From NCBI GenBank assembly GCA_963783305.1, contig CAWAMW010000015.1:288001-352000 (forward strand): a stretch of 64,000 bases of DNA. The letters are read 5' to 3'. Source of the DNA: an uncultured Gemmatimonadales bacterium. Lineage in GTDB: Bacteria > Gemmatimonadota > Gemmatimonadetes > Longimicrobiales > RSA9. A model generated the notes under the pieces. It saw only the letters and a list, made by a program, of their open reading frames with translations, did not search any database and was not told the origin of the DNA. This document shows, one piece after another, positions 1-9,041 of the stretch. The first letter of the stretch is position 1. Each line of letters starts with the position of its first letter. The position numbers were made by a program, and so were the translations under genes.

Positions 1-129
1 GCCGATGGGGTCACCGGCCGGCTGCTCCACGGGGTCCTCCTGCGCCACCACGGGCACCGCCGCGCCGAGCACAGCGAGCACGATGAGCACACACGCCCCG
101 GCCACCTTCTCGAACTTTGCTGACTTCAT
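1..129 (-). CDS. Secreted protein, N-terminal part only (runs off the window edge)
   Basis: ATG at 129 overlaps the nitrilase stop (ATGA); MKSAKFEKVAGACVLIVLAVLGAAVPVVAQE looks like a signal peptide. Confidence 0.6.
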   Translation of the reverse strand, partial: MKSAKFEKVAGACVLIVLAVLGAAVPVVAQEDPVEQPAGDPIG

Positions 130-1094
130 CCCGCCTCCTCGTTCGTGTCGCGCTCGTGGGCGCCGTACTCCACCGACCGGCGCGGCGTCTCGTCCACCGT
201 GAGCCGGAAGACGTCCGGCCTGGCGTAGTGTCCCGTCACGTCGAAATCGAACTTCCCGCGGACGATCTCGCCCATGTCCAGATCGGCCACCAGGATCCCC
301 GACTCCTCCCAGAGCGGACCGGCCAGGCAGTCGCCGAGGGGGCCGTAGATGGCGCTCCCGCCGCGGCAGAGCAGCTCCGGCCACTTCTCCAGCTCGTGGG
401 CGAGCTCCAGGTCGTCCGGGTAGTCGCTCCGACGCACGTACTGGTTGGAGCCCAGGACGAAGCAGCGGCCCTCGAGGGCGATGTGCCGGAGCGTCGCCTG
501 CCAGCCGTCGCGGGCGTCGGCCGTGGGCGCCAGGTACAGCTCCACGCCCTTTCCGTAGAGCGCCGCGCGGGCCAGCGGCATGTAGTTCTCCCAGCAGATC
601 AGCCCGCCCATGCGACCCAGCTCCGTCCCGATCACCGGCAGCGTGCTCCCGTCCCCCTCGCCCCAGATCAATCGCTCCGACGCCGTGGGCTTCAGCTTCC
701 GGTGCTTCCCCAGCAGCTCACCGTCCGGGCTGAAATACAGCAGCGTGCAGTAGAGCGTTCCCCGCGACGAGTCGGTGTCGCGCTCGATGACGCCGCCGGC
801 CAGGTAGACGCCGGCGCTGCGGGCGATGGCGCCCAGACGGTCGGTGTACGGGCCAGGCACGTCAATGGCGCCTCGCCAGTAGCGCTCCCAGCCGCGACGG
901 CCTTCCGGCAGCCGGCCGCCCACGGCCGCGCCAAAGGCGAGGCCCCAGGGGTAGCCGCCGATGAAGGCCTCCGGGAAGAGGACGAGCTGCGCCCCCTGGG
1001 CCGCGGCGTCGGCGGTCATGGTGGCGACGGTGTCGATGGCGGCGTCGGGGTCGAAGAACGCGGGCTCGGGCTGGAGCACTGCTACGCGTGTCAT
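126..1094 (-). CDS. Nitrilase (carbon-nitrogen hydrolase family)
   Basis: FPEAFIGGYP, HRKLKPT and ICWENYMP give the E-K-C triad; start taken at MTRVAVLQ. Confidence 0.92.
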   Translation of the reverse strand: MTRVAVLQPEPAFFDPDAAIDTVATMTADAAAQGAQLVLFPEAFIGGYPWGLAFGAAVGGRLPEGRRGWERYWRGAIDVPGPYTDRLGAIARSAGVYLAGGVIERDTDSSRGTLYCTLLYFSPDGELLGKHRKLKPTASERLIWGEGDGSTLPVIGTELGRMGGLICWENYMPLARAALYGKGVELYLAPTADARDGWQATLRHIALEGRCFVLGSNQYVRRSDYPDDLELAHELEKWPELLCRGGSAIYGPLGDCLAGPLWEESGILVADLDMGEIVRGKFDFDVTGHYARPDVFRLTVDETPRRSVEYGAHERDTNEEAG

Positions 1095-1133
1095 TCGGAG
1101 GCTCCGGGGGTGATCCGACCTTCTGAACAGCTT

Positions 1134-1229
1134 TGACACGAAGGGAACGAAGACAACGAAGAACTCGAAGTATTCAGGTCGAAATCTCTGTTCTTCGTGT
1201 ACTTCGACCTCTTCGTGAGCTTCGTGTCA
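1134..1229. repeat. Palindromic element made of inverted 9-bp tandem repeats (nnnACGAAG x4 / CTTCGTnnn x4)
   Basis: TGACACGAAG-GGAACGAAG-ACAACGAAG-AACTCGAAG ... CTTCGTGTA-CTTCGACCT-CTTCGTGAG-CTTCGTGTCA, intergenic. Confidence 0.8.
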
Positions 1230-1280
1230 CGAATTTGTTTTTTGTTTGCGCGTCCTCCGGCCGCTCGCGTCATCTCCGGA

Positions 1281-3299
1281 TCACCCGCCGATCCGTACTT
1301 CCCGCTCTACGCGTCCGCCGCGGGTGCTGAGGACCTCCACCGTCAGGTCGAACGGGTCGGTTTCCGCCGGCACCCGGACTCGGAACGTGGCCGTGGCCGT
1401 CTCCGCGGGGTCGAGCCAGCCGAGGTCGACGGTCTTGTCGCGGAGCGCGGGCGTGGTGATCTCGGCGGCGGGGTCGTCGCCCTCGGTGAGCTCCTCCGGC
1501 AGCTCCAGCCGGACGCGGTCGGGGCGAACGATCTTGACCAGCTGCGCCTGCCGGAGCGCCGTGGGCAGCCGGCCGGCGTTCCGGATGGTCACGTTGATCT
1601 CCCAGGTGACGCTGTCGGCCGACCCGCCGGCCATACGCACCACGCCTACGTCGGCGATCTCGACCCGCGGCAGGTGCTTGGCCATCTCGAGGTTGAAGAG
1701 CGCCTGCTTCTCGACCCAGCCGCCCATCTGGTCGGCGGGGCCGTTCTGGCTGAAGAACTTGGGGTGGAACCCGCCCATCTCCACCGCGCCCAGCGTGGGG
1801 TGCTGGAACGGCTCCCACTCCCGGAACCCGCGGCCGCCGTTGGACTCATCGTCCCAGACCAGGGCGTCGAAGGAGTCCAGGATCCCGTCGCCGTTGTAGT
1901 CCTCCATGGCGCCGCCGTTCCAGAGCTCGTCGCCGTACCAGATGGCGCCGTAGTAGAAGTAGCCGAAGTCGGGGCCGTGGCCGAAGAGGGGCGCGGGCTC
2001 GGTGGGCTCGCCGGACCAGGGGCTCACGGGGTAGCGGGTCATGTACGTCTCGTACACGTCGCCGGCCCAGGGGTAGTGCGTGATGGAGAGCCCCACGCTG
2101 TCGAAGTACTCGTAGAGCGCCAGGTCCTCCGGGTACATGCGCTCCTCCGAGCCCGACGTGGACGGCGGGCGCAGGTGCATGGGCACGCGCGTGTCCATGG
2201 AGTTGGCGACGGAGACGTGCGGCCGCTGGAGCAGCCACATGACCGTGGCCATGGTCTCCGGCTCGCTCAGCGGGTACGCCCCCGCCCCGGACTGCGTGTA
2301 GCCGCGACCCGTGCGGTCCAGCCCTGTGTCGGGACGCCAGTTCTCCGGGTAGTTCCGGTGCAGGTCCAGCCCGCCGATGCCGTCCTCGTTGTAGTCCCCA
2401 TCGCCGTCATTGTCCACGCCCTCGCCCAGCACCACCCAGTCCCCGTCCTCGTCCGGCCGCGCGCGGCGCATGAGACGCCCGGACCCGTCGCGCTCGTCGA
2501 TCAGGTACTCGGCTTCCATCTCCGCGCCCGGTGAGCCCTCCGGCATGTCGGCCGGCCGGAACCGGATGTCGTAGAGGACACCGTCGCCGTCCAGGTCCTC
2601 CGGTGGGTCCTCGTCCAGGAGGCCGTCGCGGTCGCTGTCGTACGGCCGGACGGTGCTCCGGTTCGCCTGCGCCGTGTGCAGGTAGAGGTTGCTGCCGTCC
2701 GGGTTGTTCTCCGGACGGAGGTAGATCGCGTTGTGGTCGAGCAGCGCGGTGATCTCCGGGTCGTGGTCGTAGCCCTCCAGCAGGTGTCGGATCAGCCAGA
2801 GCACGCTCTCCGACGCCGTCACCTCGCCGCTGTGACGACCGCCCTCGAAGAACGCCGCCGGCTTGTCCAGGTCCGACCCCGTGGCCTCGTTCGTCAGCGT
2901 GACCTGCAGGATCGGACGACCCTCGAAGCTGCGACCCACCTCGTACAGCTCCACCAGCCCCGGGTACCGCTCGTTCCAGCGACGCAGCCACTCGTACATG
3001 ACGTCCGCCGTGTGGTAGCGGTCGAACGTCAGCGACTCCCCCGCCTCGTACTCCACGCCCTCGTGACGCACGCGCGGGAAATAGCTGATGCCGTGGCGGG
3101 TGCCGGACACCGTATACCAGGCGCTGTCGCGCTCCGACTCGGCGACGTACGTCGGGGCCACCGCCGCCATGGATGCCGGCCGGAGCGCGGAGGAGGCCGG
3201 CGCAGGGTCGCCCATGCCGGATTGGGCCGCGCAGGCCGCCGAAATCACGGGAACGGCGAGGATGCTGGCGAGGATCGGGAGACGACGGTGTCTGGACAT
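1281..3299 (-). CDS. M14 family zinc carboxypeptidase, secreted or lipoprotein
   Basis: GGRHSGE zinc motif, NPDG, DLHRNYP, PLSEPET; signal peptide MSRHRRLPILASILAVPVISAAC. Confidence 0.88.
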   Translation of the reverse strand: MSRHRRLPILASILAVPVISAACAAQSGMGDPAPASSALRPASMAAVAPTYVAESERDSAWYTVSGTRHGISYFPRVRHEGVEYEAGESLTFDRYHTADVMYEWLRRWNERYPGLVELYEVGRSFEGRPILQVTLTNEATGSDLDKPAAFFEGGRHSGEVTASESVLWLIRHLLEGYDHDPEITALLDHNAIYLRPENNPDGSNLYLHTAQANRSTVRPYDSDRDGLLDEDPPEDLDGDGVLYDIRFRPADMPEGSPGAEMEAEYLIDERDGSGRLMRRARPDEDGDWVVLGEGVDNDGDGDYNEDGIGGLDLHRNYPENWRPDTGLDRTGRGYTQSGAGAYPLSEPETMATVMWLLQRPHVSVANSMDTRVPMHLRPPSTSGSEERMYPEDLALYEYFDSVGLSITHYPWAGDVYETYMTRYPVSPWSGEPTEPAPLFGHGPDFGYFYYGAIWYGDELWNGGAMEDYNGDGILDSFDALVWDDESNGGRGFREWEPFQHPTLGAVEMGGFHPKFFSQNGPADQMGGWVEKQALFNLEMAKHLPRVEIADVGVVRMAGGSADSVTWEINVTIRNAGRLPTALRQAQLVKIVRPDRVRLELPEELTEGDDPAAEITTPALRDKTVDLGWLDPAETATATFRVRVPAETDPFDLTVEVLSTRGGRVEREVRIGG

Positions 3300-3437
3300 G
3301 GTGTCGGTGGCTCGGGTCGCGTGGCGGGCAGGCTGTCCGGGGAGGTTGGGGCGGGCGGCGCGCCGGGGCAAGGTGCGGGCGACCGCCACCCGCTGTCCCC
3401 GTCCGCCATTCCCCTGCCCCGGCTGCCGACGTATGGA

Positions 3438-4535
3438 ATGGCCATGGCGACCATTATCCGGATACGGGAGGTCGGCGCGGAGATCGAAGTCGTTCCGGCC
3501 GTATACGACCCGGCCGTCGTCGAGCATCTCAGAACGATCCCCGGCCGGCGCTGGAGCGCACCCGGGCGCGCGTGGCTCATCCCCCGCACCGCGCAGGGGC
3601 TCGACACGATCCTCTCCCTCCCCGGCGTGAAAATCGATCTGGACCCGGCGCTCGTCCACCTCGTCCGGCGGCCGTACGATCCCGTGGCGCCTCGGGAGGA
3701 CGCCACGCTCCAGCTCCTGCGAAGGGTATCCGAGGAGCTGCGGCTGCTCCGCTACAGCCCCCGCACGCGCAAGCTCTACCTGGGCCATCTGCGGCGATTC
3801 CTCGAACGCCACCCCGCGGCCGCCCACGACCTGACAGCGGGCACGGTGCGCCGACACCTCCTGGAGCTCGAGGCCGAGAACCGCTCCACCTCCTACCTGA
3901 ACCAGGCCCTGAGCGCCATCCGGTTCGCCGCTAAGCTCCTGGGCGCCACCGTCCAGATCGAGAGCGTCGGCCGACCCAAACGCCCGCGCCACCTGCCCTC
4001 CGTCCTCTCGCCCCAGGACGTTCGCCGCATCCTCAAGGCACCCCGCCATCCCCGCCACCGCCTCGCCCTCACACTCGCGTATTCCGCCGGGCTCCGCGTG
4101 GGTGAACTCGTGCGCCTGCGCGTCGGGGACGTCGATTCCGATCGGCGGCTCATCCACGTCCACGAAGGCAAAGGCCGCAAGGATCGGTACACTCTTCTGG
4201 CCGAAACAACCGCCAGGGCACTCTACCCTTTCCTGGATGGCGCCGATGCGAACGACTATATATTCCCCGGCGCCCGCACCGGACGCCACCTCACCGTTCG
4301 CAGCATCCAGAAAGTCTTCGAGCGAGCACTGCGCGACTCCGGCGTCCAGAAGCACGCCACGATCCACACGCTGAGGCACAGCTTCGCCACGCACCTGCTT
4401 GAAAATGGCGTGAGCGTGCGGCATATTCAGGAGCTTCTCGGCCACAGCAGCCCCAAGACGACCGAGATCTACACCCACATCGCCCAGAGCGACCTGCGCC
4501 GAATCACCAACCCCCTGGACGCACCGCTCGACTGA
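3438..4535 (+). CDS. Integron-like tyrosine recombinase (365 aa): HARP-like N-terminal extension, SAM-like domain and catalytic domain; lacks the IntI-specific insertion
   Basis: YSPRTRKLY, SAGLRVGE (R), GKGRKDR (K), HTLRHSFATHLLE (HxxR), IQELLGHSS (H), TTEIYTH (Y), C-terminal ITNPLD; lies next to a cassette array. Confidence 0.93.
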   Translation: MAMATIIRIREVGAEIEVVPAVYDPAVVEHLRTIPGRRWSAPGRAWLIPRTAQGLDTILSLPGVKIDLDPALVHLVRRPYDPVAPREDATLQLLRRVSEELRLLRYSPRTRKLYLGHLRRFLERHPAAAHDLTAGTVRRHLLELEAENRSTSYLNQALSAIRFAAKLLGATVQIESVGRPKRPRHLPSVLSPQDVRRILKAPRHPRHRLALTLAYSAGLRVGELVRLRVGDVDSDRRLIHVHEGKGRKDRYTLLAETTARALYPFLDGADANDYIFPGARTGRHLTVRSIQKVFERALRDSGVQKHATIHTLRHSFATHLLENGVSVRHIQELLGHSSPKTTEIYTHIAQSDLRRITNPLDAPLD

Positions 4536-4567
4536 AGGGTGGATTTATTTCGCCTCCATCAAACATC

Positions 4568-4648
4568 TTAGCGAACACCCATTCGCCAGTCTCACCCAAA
4601 GTCACTACATCATGAACTGGGTTTCGCTAATCCTTTAGTTAAGCGCCA
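4568..4648 (+). other. Candidate attI-like primary recombination site, crossover near G|TT at 4638
   Basis: CGCTAAT-CCTTTA-GTTAAGCGCC; 4638-4647 is the exact reverse complement of the cassette 1 end (5323-5332) with no repeat body upstream; imperfect inverted repeat TTAGCGAACACCC (4568-4580) / GGGTTTCGCTAA (4619-4630). Confidence 0.75.
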
Positions 4649-5050
4649 TGCGCGCAGATGAAGTCAACTGGAGCTTGGTCAGCGCGAGCCACGGGCATGG
4701 TCGGCTGTCGGAGGTCGCTTGCAGCTGCGTCAGGCGTGCGTTGACAGGACAGAAGCGCGTGGCGGGCCTAGATGGCTTGCCAGACATGCCGGATTCGCGG
4801 CTGACGCGGCATTCGATGCCGGCGAGGTCGGCGCGGAACACGCTGGCACCTGTTCGGACTGCGGTCGCTCGAGTACCGTCGGCCGACGATGCGGACCGGG
4901 CTCGGTGAGCGTTGCGAAGTTTCGAGGACGTTGCGCCTGGAGGTCGCGGAGCGTCGGATCGCGGTCTGGACGCTCCGATGCGTGTGGCGACGCAAGTCAG
5001 CCTGAGCTCCGAACGCCGTGTAGCTGAGCTCGACACGTCGGGGGACGGAA

Positions 5051-5332
5051 GTGAATGTCTTCAGTCCGTGCGGTTCTGACGTTGAATACTGGGTCGATGC
5101 TGAGCCGCCGGTCCTCCGTGCGCTCCGCGAACGGTACACTGAGTTTGGCCTTCCGCCGTACCAGGTCGTCTTCGTAGCGGTGCGCGGGGAGATTGGGCCG
5201 GTGTTGGACTGCGGCTTCTGTACTGAGTACGACGGCAGTTTCAAGGTGGAGGAACTGGTCGAAATGGACTCGCCGGGCACCGGGGAGTGCGAGACCGAGA
5301 TCGGTGGCCACTCAGGGAGAACGGCGCTTAAC
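5051..5332 (+). CDS. Cassette 1 hypothetical protein, probably a lipoprotein with a frameshifted 5' end; the frame runs on into repeat 1
   Basis: EVNVFSPCGSDVEYWV...PYQVVFV...EYDG is protein-like; an upstream frame carries ACGDASQPE. Confidence 0.45.
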
Positions 5333-5481
5333 AAACGGTTGGCGCCTGCGCGGCCTGCGGCCGCTCCGGAGAACCCGCCGCGGCCGTACTGGGCGCTGGT
5401 GAGGGGCGTGAAGTTTCGAAGGCGGTCGCGCGCTGGAGGTTGTCGGAGCGGCGGTTCGCCAACCTGGAAACGTTATACGCC
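5323..5481 (+). repeat. attC-like repeat 1
   Basis: GGCGCTTAAC AAAC GGTTGGCG...CGCCAACC TGGAAAC GTTATACGCC. Confidence 0.92.
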
Positions 5482-5506
5482 AGGTGAACGAGTATTGGGG
5501 GGTGCG

Positions 5507-5947
5507 GTGACTGAGTACGTTCTCAATGGTTGGCGCGTGGAGCACGACGCCGGTGCCACGACAGAAGCGTTGAAGCGAGCTCAGTATCGGGGCCCTGAGA
5601 GCTGTGGGTGCCTGCCCTGCCAGAACTTCGTCGCAATGCGTTCCGAAGCGTTCCCGCGCGAGTTCATGGAACTGCTCGGTGAGCTGGGAATCCCGCCGGT
5701 TTCGGAAGTCGAGGTCTATCACAACGCACGGCTTGAAAACGGGAGGCACTCCTACGGAGGGTGGTTCCACTTCGTAGGAAGGGTTGTCGAGGGGCCGGAC
5801 GGGGTCGTAGATCTGGGCAACGGTTTCCAGTTCTACTTCCGGAACGACGCCCATCTTATCTCGAAGGAGATAACCGAGCGCCCCGTGGCACAGTTGGAAT
5901 TCTACTGTGAGCTGCGCTGGGGAATCGCAGCCCAGGAGGCGCTGTAG
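5507..5947 (+). CDS. Cassette 2 hypothetical protein (CxCxxCxNF and GWFHFVG motifs)
   Basis: GTG start just after repeat 1; ORF fills the cassette. Confidence 0.75.
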   Translation: MTEYVLNGWRVEHDAGATTEALKRAQYRGPESCGCLPCQNFVAMRSEAFPREFMELLGELGIPPVSEVEVYHNARLENGRHSYGGWFHFVGRVVEGPDGVVDLGNGFQFYFRNDAHLISKEITERPVAQLEFYCELRWGIAAQEAL

Positions 5948-5992
5948 ATCGGCCCTTCGGGGGAGGCGGGAGGGTCGGGAAGGGGTTCACCC

Positions 5993-6148
5993 GGCGTATA
6001 ACAAACGGTTGGCGCCTCCGCTCGCTACGCGCGCTCCGGAGAACCCGCCGCGGCCGTCTGGAAGCTGGTGAGGTGAGTGAAGGTTCGAAGGTGCTCGCGC
6101 GCTGGAGGTGTGGCGCGGCGGGTCGCCAACCTGGAAACGTTAAGCGGC
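5993..6148 (+). repeat. attC-like repeat 2
   Basis: GGCGTATAAC...GGAAACGTTAAGCGGC with conserved body. Confidence 0.92.
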
Positions 6149-6157
6149 ATTGGCAAC

Positions 6158-6666
6158 ATGCTCAAAGCCAACTTGAAGTTTAGTCGGGACGAACCAGAAC
6201 AGGTGGCTTTTGGAGATCACCTGCGCTGGGTCGAGTTGTCGCCCGTTGACGTTCGACCAACTAGCGCCTTGGCTAAGCCCTTTGAGGTGTTTGCTGAGTT
6301 AGTGAAGGATTCCGTCATACCGGGATTCATTCATGGCGAAGGACGGTTGGAAGAACACGCCGGCACCGATTCATGGACCGTATCGGCTCGATGCCTTGTC
6401 GGCCGACGATTTCACTTCAGTCCCTCGGACAAGGTTCGACGAAGCCCTCGAGGACTGGCTTGAAGGGGGAGACTGCGCTTCGACTCCGGAGCTCCGATGG
6501 AGGTGAGGGAGAAGGTCAGGTCGATGTTGAGCGCGATCCCCAAAGAAGCGCCGTGTTACGAGCTACAGAAATCGCTTGGACGGAAGCGATCACGAGTTTG
6601 CGTTTGTCCTTTGGGAGTTCAAGGAGTTCTGTTTTCCAGATGAGGCGAATGGTGTGCTCTGGCTAG
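6158..6666 (+). pseudogene. Cassette 3 hypothetical gene, apparently frameshifted
   Basis: ORF from ATG 6158; protein-like segments IHGPYRLDALSADDF and HEFAFVLWEFKEF continue in other frames. Confidence 0.4.
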
Positions 6667-6703
6667 TGGTTTGGGCTGCGGATTAAGGGTGTCGCGCACC
6701 AAC

Positions 6704-6862
6704 GCCGCTTAACAAACGGTTGGCGCCTGCGCGGCCTGCGGCCGCTCCGGAGAACCCGCCGCGGCCGTGCTGGGAGCTGGTGAAGGTTCGTGAAGTTTCG
6801 AAGGCGGTCGCGCGCTGGAGGTATCGGCGCGGCGGGTCGCCAACCTGGAAACGTTAGCCGTC
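6704..6862 (+). repeat. attC-like repeat 3
   Basis: GCCGCTTAAC...GGAAACGTTAGCCGTC. Confidence 0.92.
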
Positions 6863-6881
6863 ATTCCGCGATAGGAACTGC

Positions 6882-7109
6882 ATGAGTGTTCTGCAGAGGC
6901 TTGAGCACAGGCGATGGGTGGTGTGGGTCGCCTGGCCGATTTCGGCTTTAGTTCTCCCGATCGCGATTGTTCGAACAGTTGCCGCAGTCCGAGGTTGGGG
7001 TCTCTACTACGCGTTGGACTTGGGCAAGGCACTGCAGATGGGGATCATCATGTTTGGGCCTCCGGTGTTGTTTGAAGTACTGGTCAGGAAAGGGCGAAAC
7101 AACGGCTAA
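6882..7109 (+). CDS. Cassette 4 small membrane protein
   Basis: Two hydrophobic segments; the TAA stop lies in the TAAC of the next repeat. Confidence 0.7.
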   Translation: MSVLQRLEHRRWVVWVAWPISALVLPIAIVRTVAAVRGWGLYYALDLGKALQMGIIMFGPPVLFEVLVRKGRNNG

Positions 7110-7256
7110 CAAACGGCCGGCGCCTGCGCTCCCTTCGGTCGCTCCGGAGTACCCGGCCGTCAGGCGAGCGGATGGTTGGAAAGAAGTCGAGTCGGCGGTG
7201 CCCAAGAGTTCTGGAGGGGTGGAGGCCGGGTCGCCAGCCTGGAAACGTTATGTGCC
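7101..7256 (+). repeat. attC-like repeat 4 (divergent body)
   Basis: AACGGCTAAC AAAC GGCCGGCG...CGCCAGCC TGGAAAC GTTATGTGCC. Confidence 0.88.
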
Positions 7257-7274
7257 ACACGCGGTGAGGTACGG

Positions 7275-7727
7275 ATGGGCAGCCGAACAGGGATCGGTGC
7301 GGTGACCAAGAGCAGCGTCGTAGCAAATGCCCAGAGGCTTGAAGAGGCATTCGGTTCGTGGCCCTCGTTCCACGATGCCGAGGTCCTCACCATGCGTTTG
7401 GATCGGTCCGGTGCCGTTGGGCCGACCCTGGACGCTCAGGTCTATGTGTTCGAAATGACCTCCGAGGTCGATGCGGCGGGCTTCTTCGTGTTGAAGAACC
7501 AAGTCGTCGTGAGTTTGAGGTTCTCCAATGTCGCTCTGGAGAGACTCCGCTGGTTCAACGAGCAGAACGCTCTCTCAGAACTATTCATTGATGAGATCCC
7601 TGACGAGTCCAACGAGGGCCGAACTCTAGCCGTTCGTTTTGAGTCCAGTTATGGCGTAGAGGCGAGTTTCCGCTGTGGCGCAATTGAGGTTTTGGAGGTC
7701 GAGCCGTATCGACCGGAAAAGCAGTAA
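7275..7727 (+). CDS. Cassette 5 Imm50-family immunity protein
   Basis: FGSWPSFHDAEV, FNEQNAL and FESSYGVEASFRC motifs. Confidence 0.78.
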   Translation: MGSRTGIGAVTKSSVVANAQRLEEAFGSWPSFHDAEVLTMRLDRSGAVGPTLDAQVYVFEMTSEVDAAGFFVLKNQVVVSLRFSNVALERLRWFNEQNALSELFIDEIPDESNEGRTLAVRFESSYGVEASFRCGAIEVLEVEPYRPEKQ

Positions 7728-7749
7728 GGCTGGGGCTTCTGCAGCGTGC

Positions 7750-7906
7750 GGCACATAACAATCGGTTGGCGCCTGCGCGGCCTACGGCCGCTCCGGAGAA
7801 CCCGCCGCGGCCGGGTAGGTGCTGGTGAGGGAGTGGCAGTTTCGAAGGCGGTCGCGCGCTGGAGGTTTCGGCGCGGCGGCTCGCCAACCTGGAAACGTTA
7901 TCTGCC
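7750..7906 (+). repeat. attC-like repeat 5
   Basis: GGCACATAAC...GGAAACGTTATCTGCC. Confidence 0.92.
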
Positions 7907-7930
7907 AGTCAGCACAGTAAGAGAGATCAG

Positions 7931-8116
7931 ATGCTTTGGGACTTGCTTCAGCAGGTGCAGATCGGGCGAACGGAGCGGCACGCCGTAAATGTTGATGAGC
8001 GGCTTGCGGCTCTGGAGCGGCAGTTGGACAGAAACAGCAAGGTCTTGGTCGAGGTGATCAAATACCTTGAGAAGCGGGATGGCCGTGATCTCGACGGCGA
8101 CGGGAAGATCGGCTGA
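7931..8116 (+). CDS. Cassette 6 small coiled-coil protein with a C-terminal DLDGDG motif
   Basis: 61-aa ORF fills the cassette; purine-rich RBS. Confidence 0.72.
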   Translation: MLWDLLQQVQIGRTERHAVNVDERLAALERQLDRNSKVLVEVIKYLEKRDGRDLDGDGKIG

Positions 8117-8139
8117 ACTGCCGTGGTACGGGGCTGACC

Positions 8140-8298
8140 AGCAGATAACAAAGGGTTAGCGCCTCCGCTCGGCTGCGCCGAGCTGCGGAGAACCCGCCGC
8201 GGCCGTCTGGAAGCTGGTAAGCGTTGTGAAGATTCGAAGGCGGTTGCGCGCTGGAGGTTACGGCGCGGCGGGTCGCCAACCTGGAAACGTTATACGCC
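8140..8298 (+). repeat. attC-like repeat 6
   Basis: AGCAGATAAC...GGAAACGTTATACGCC. Confidence 0.92.
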
Positions 8299-8349
8299 AT
8301 TTGGCCACTTGATACCGTCGAGAGGTTCATGGGCTCCTCAGGCGGGAGG

Positions 8350-8862
8350 ATGCGAGGTGAGCTGGTGGCTTTGGGGGTGGCTGTCTTTTGCGCAGCCGGA
8401 TGTGAAGGTCAAGCCGCACCTGTGCCAGAGGTTTCGCGCGAACACCCGGTCATCCCGGTCGATAGCGGCATCGTCAGGATCGAGTCCGGCGGAAGCGTCT
8501 TCCGGATCAACGTTGAAATTGCCGAAACGCGGGAGCAACAGAGCACCGGGCTCATGGAGCGGCGGGCCCTCGCAGCGGACGAAGGCATGTTGTTCCTGTA
8601 CGCCGAGGAGCAAGCCGATTCGGATTCCTTCTACATGTTTCGAACGAGAATTCCACTAGCGATCGCCTTCGCCGATTCAACGGGTCAAATTGTGGCGACG
8701 CGGGAGATGGAGCCCTGCCCTCACCCGGTTGCCGATTGGTGCGAGCAGTACGCCCCTGGGAGTTCGTACCGCTCAGCCCTCGAAGTAAATGGTGGTTACT
8801 TTGACAGCAAAGGCATCGGTGTCGGGGACCGAATCGTTCTTGAAAAGAGGTTCGGGCAGTGA
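8350..8862 (+). CDS. Cassette 7 DUF192-family lipoprotein
   Basis: VEIAET...GLMER...EGMLF...FYMFRTRIPLAIAF...ALEVNGG; lipobox AAGC. Confidence 0.88.
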   Translation: MRGELVALGVAVFCAAGCEGQAAPVPEVSREHPVIPVDSGIVRIESGGSVFRINVEIAETREQQSTGLMERRALAADEGMLFLYAEEQADSDSFYMFRTRIPLAIAFADSTGQIVATREMEPCPHPVADWCEQYAPGSSYRSALEVNGGYFDSKGIGVGDRIVLEKRFGQ

Positions 8863-8875
8863 AAGAGGGCCAAAC

Positions 8876-9032
8876 GGCATATAACAAACGGTTGGCGCCT
8901 CCGCTCGCTGCGCGAGCTCCGGAGAACCCGCCGCGGCCGTCTGGGAGCTGGTGAGGGGCGTGCGGTTTCGAAGGTGATCGCGCGCTGGAGGTTGTGGCGC
9001 GGCGGGTCGCCAACCTGGAAACGTTAAGCGCA
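8876..9032 (+). repeat. attC-like repeat 7
   Basis: GGCATATAAC...GGAAACGTTAAGCGCA. Confidence 0.92.
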
Positions 9033-9041
9033 ATTCCGGAC

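Noticed and set aside
3438..4535. Naming the gene intI or xerC/xerD
   Set aside because: It lacks the IntI insertion, and its N-terminal extension and cassette context do not fit Xer, so no symbol was given.
1281..4535. 1065-aa (-) and 619-aa (+) ORFs as long fusion proteins
   Set aside because: Their extensions are antisense shadows of the opposite gene in high-GC DNA; the real starts are about 3299 (-) and 3438 (+).
4580..4615. Cassette promoter between the integrase and the attI-like site
   Set aside because: Only weak -35/-10 matches, not enough to support a call.
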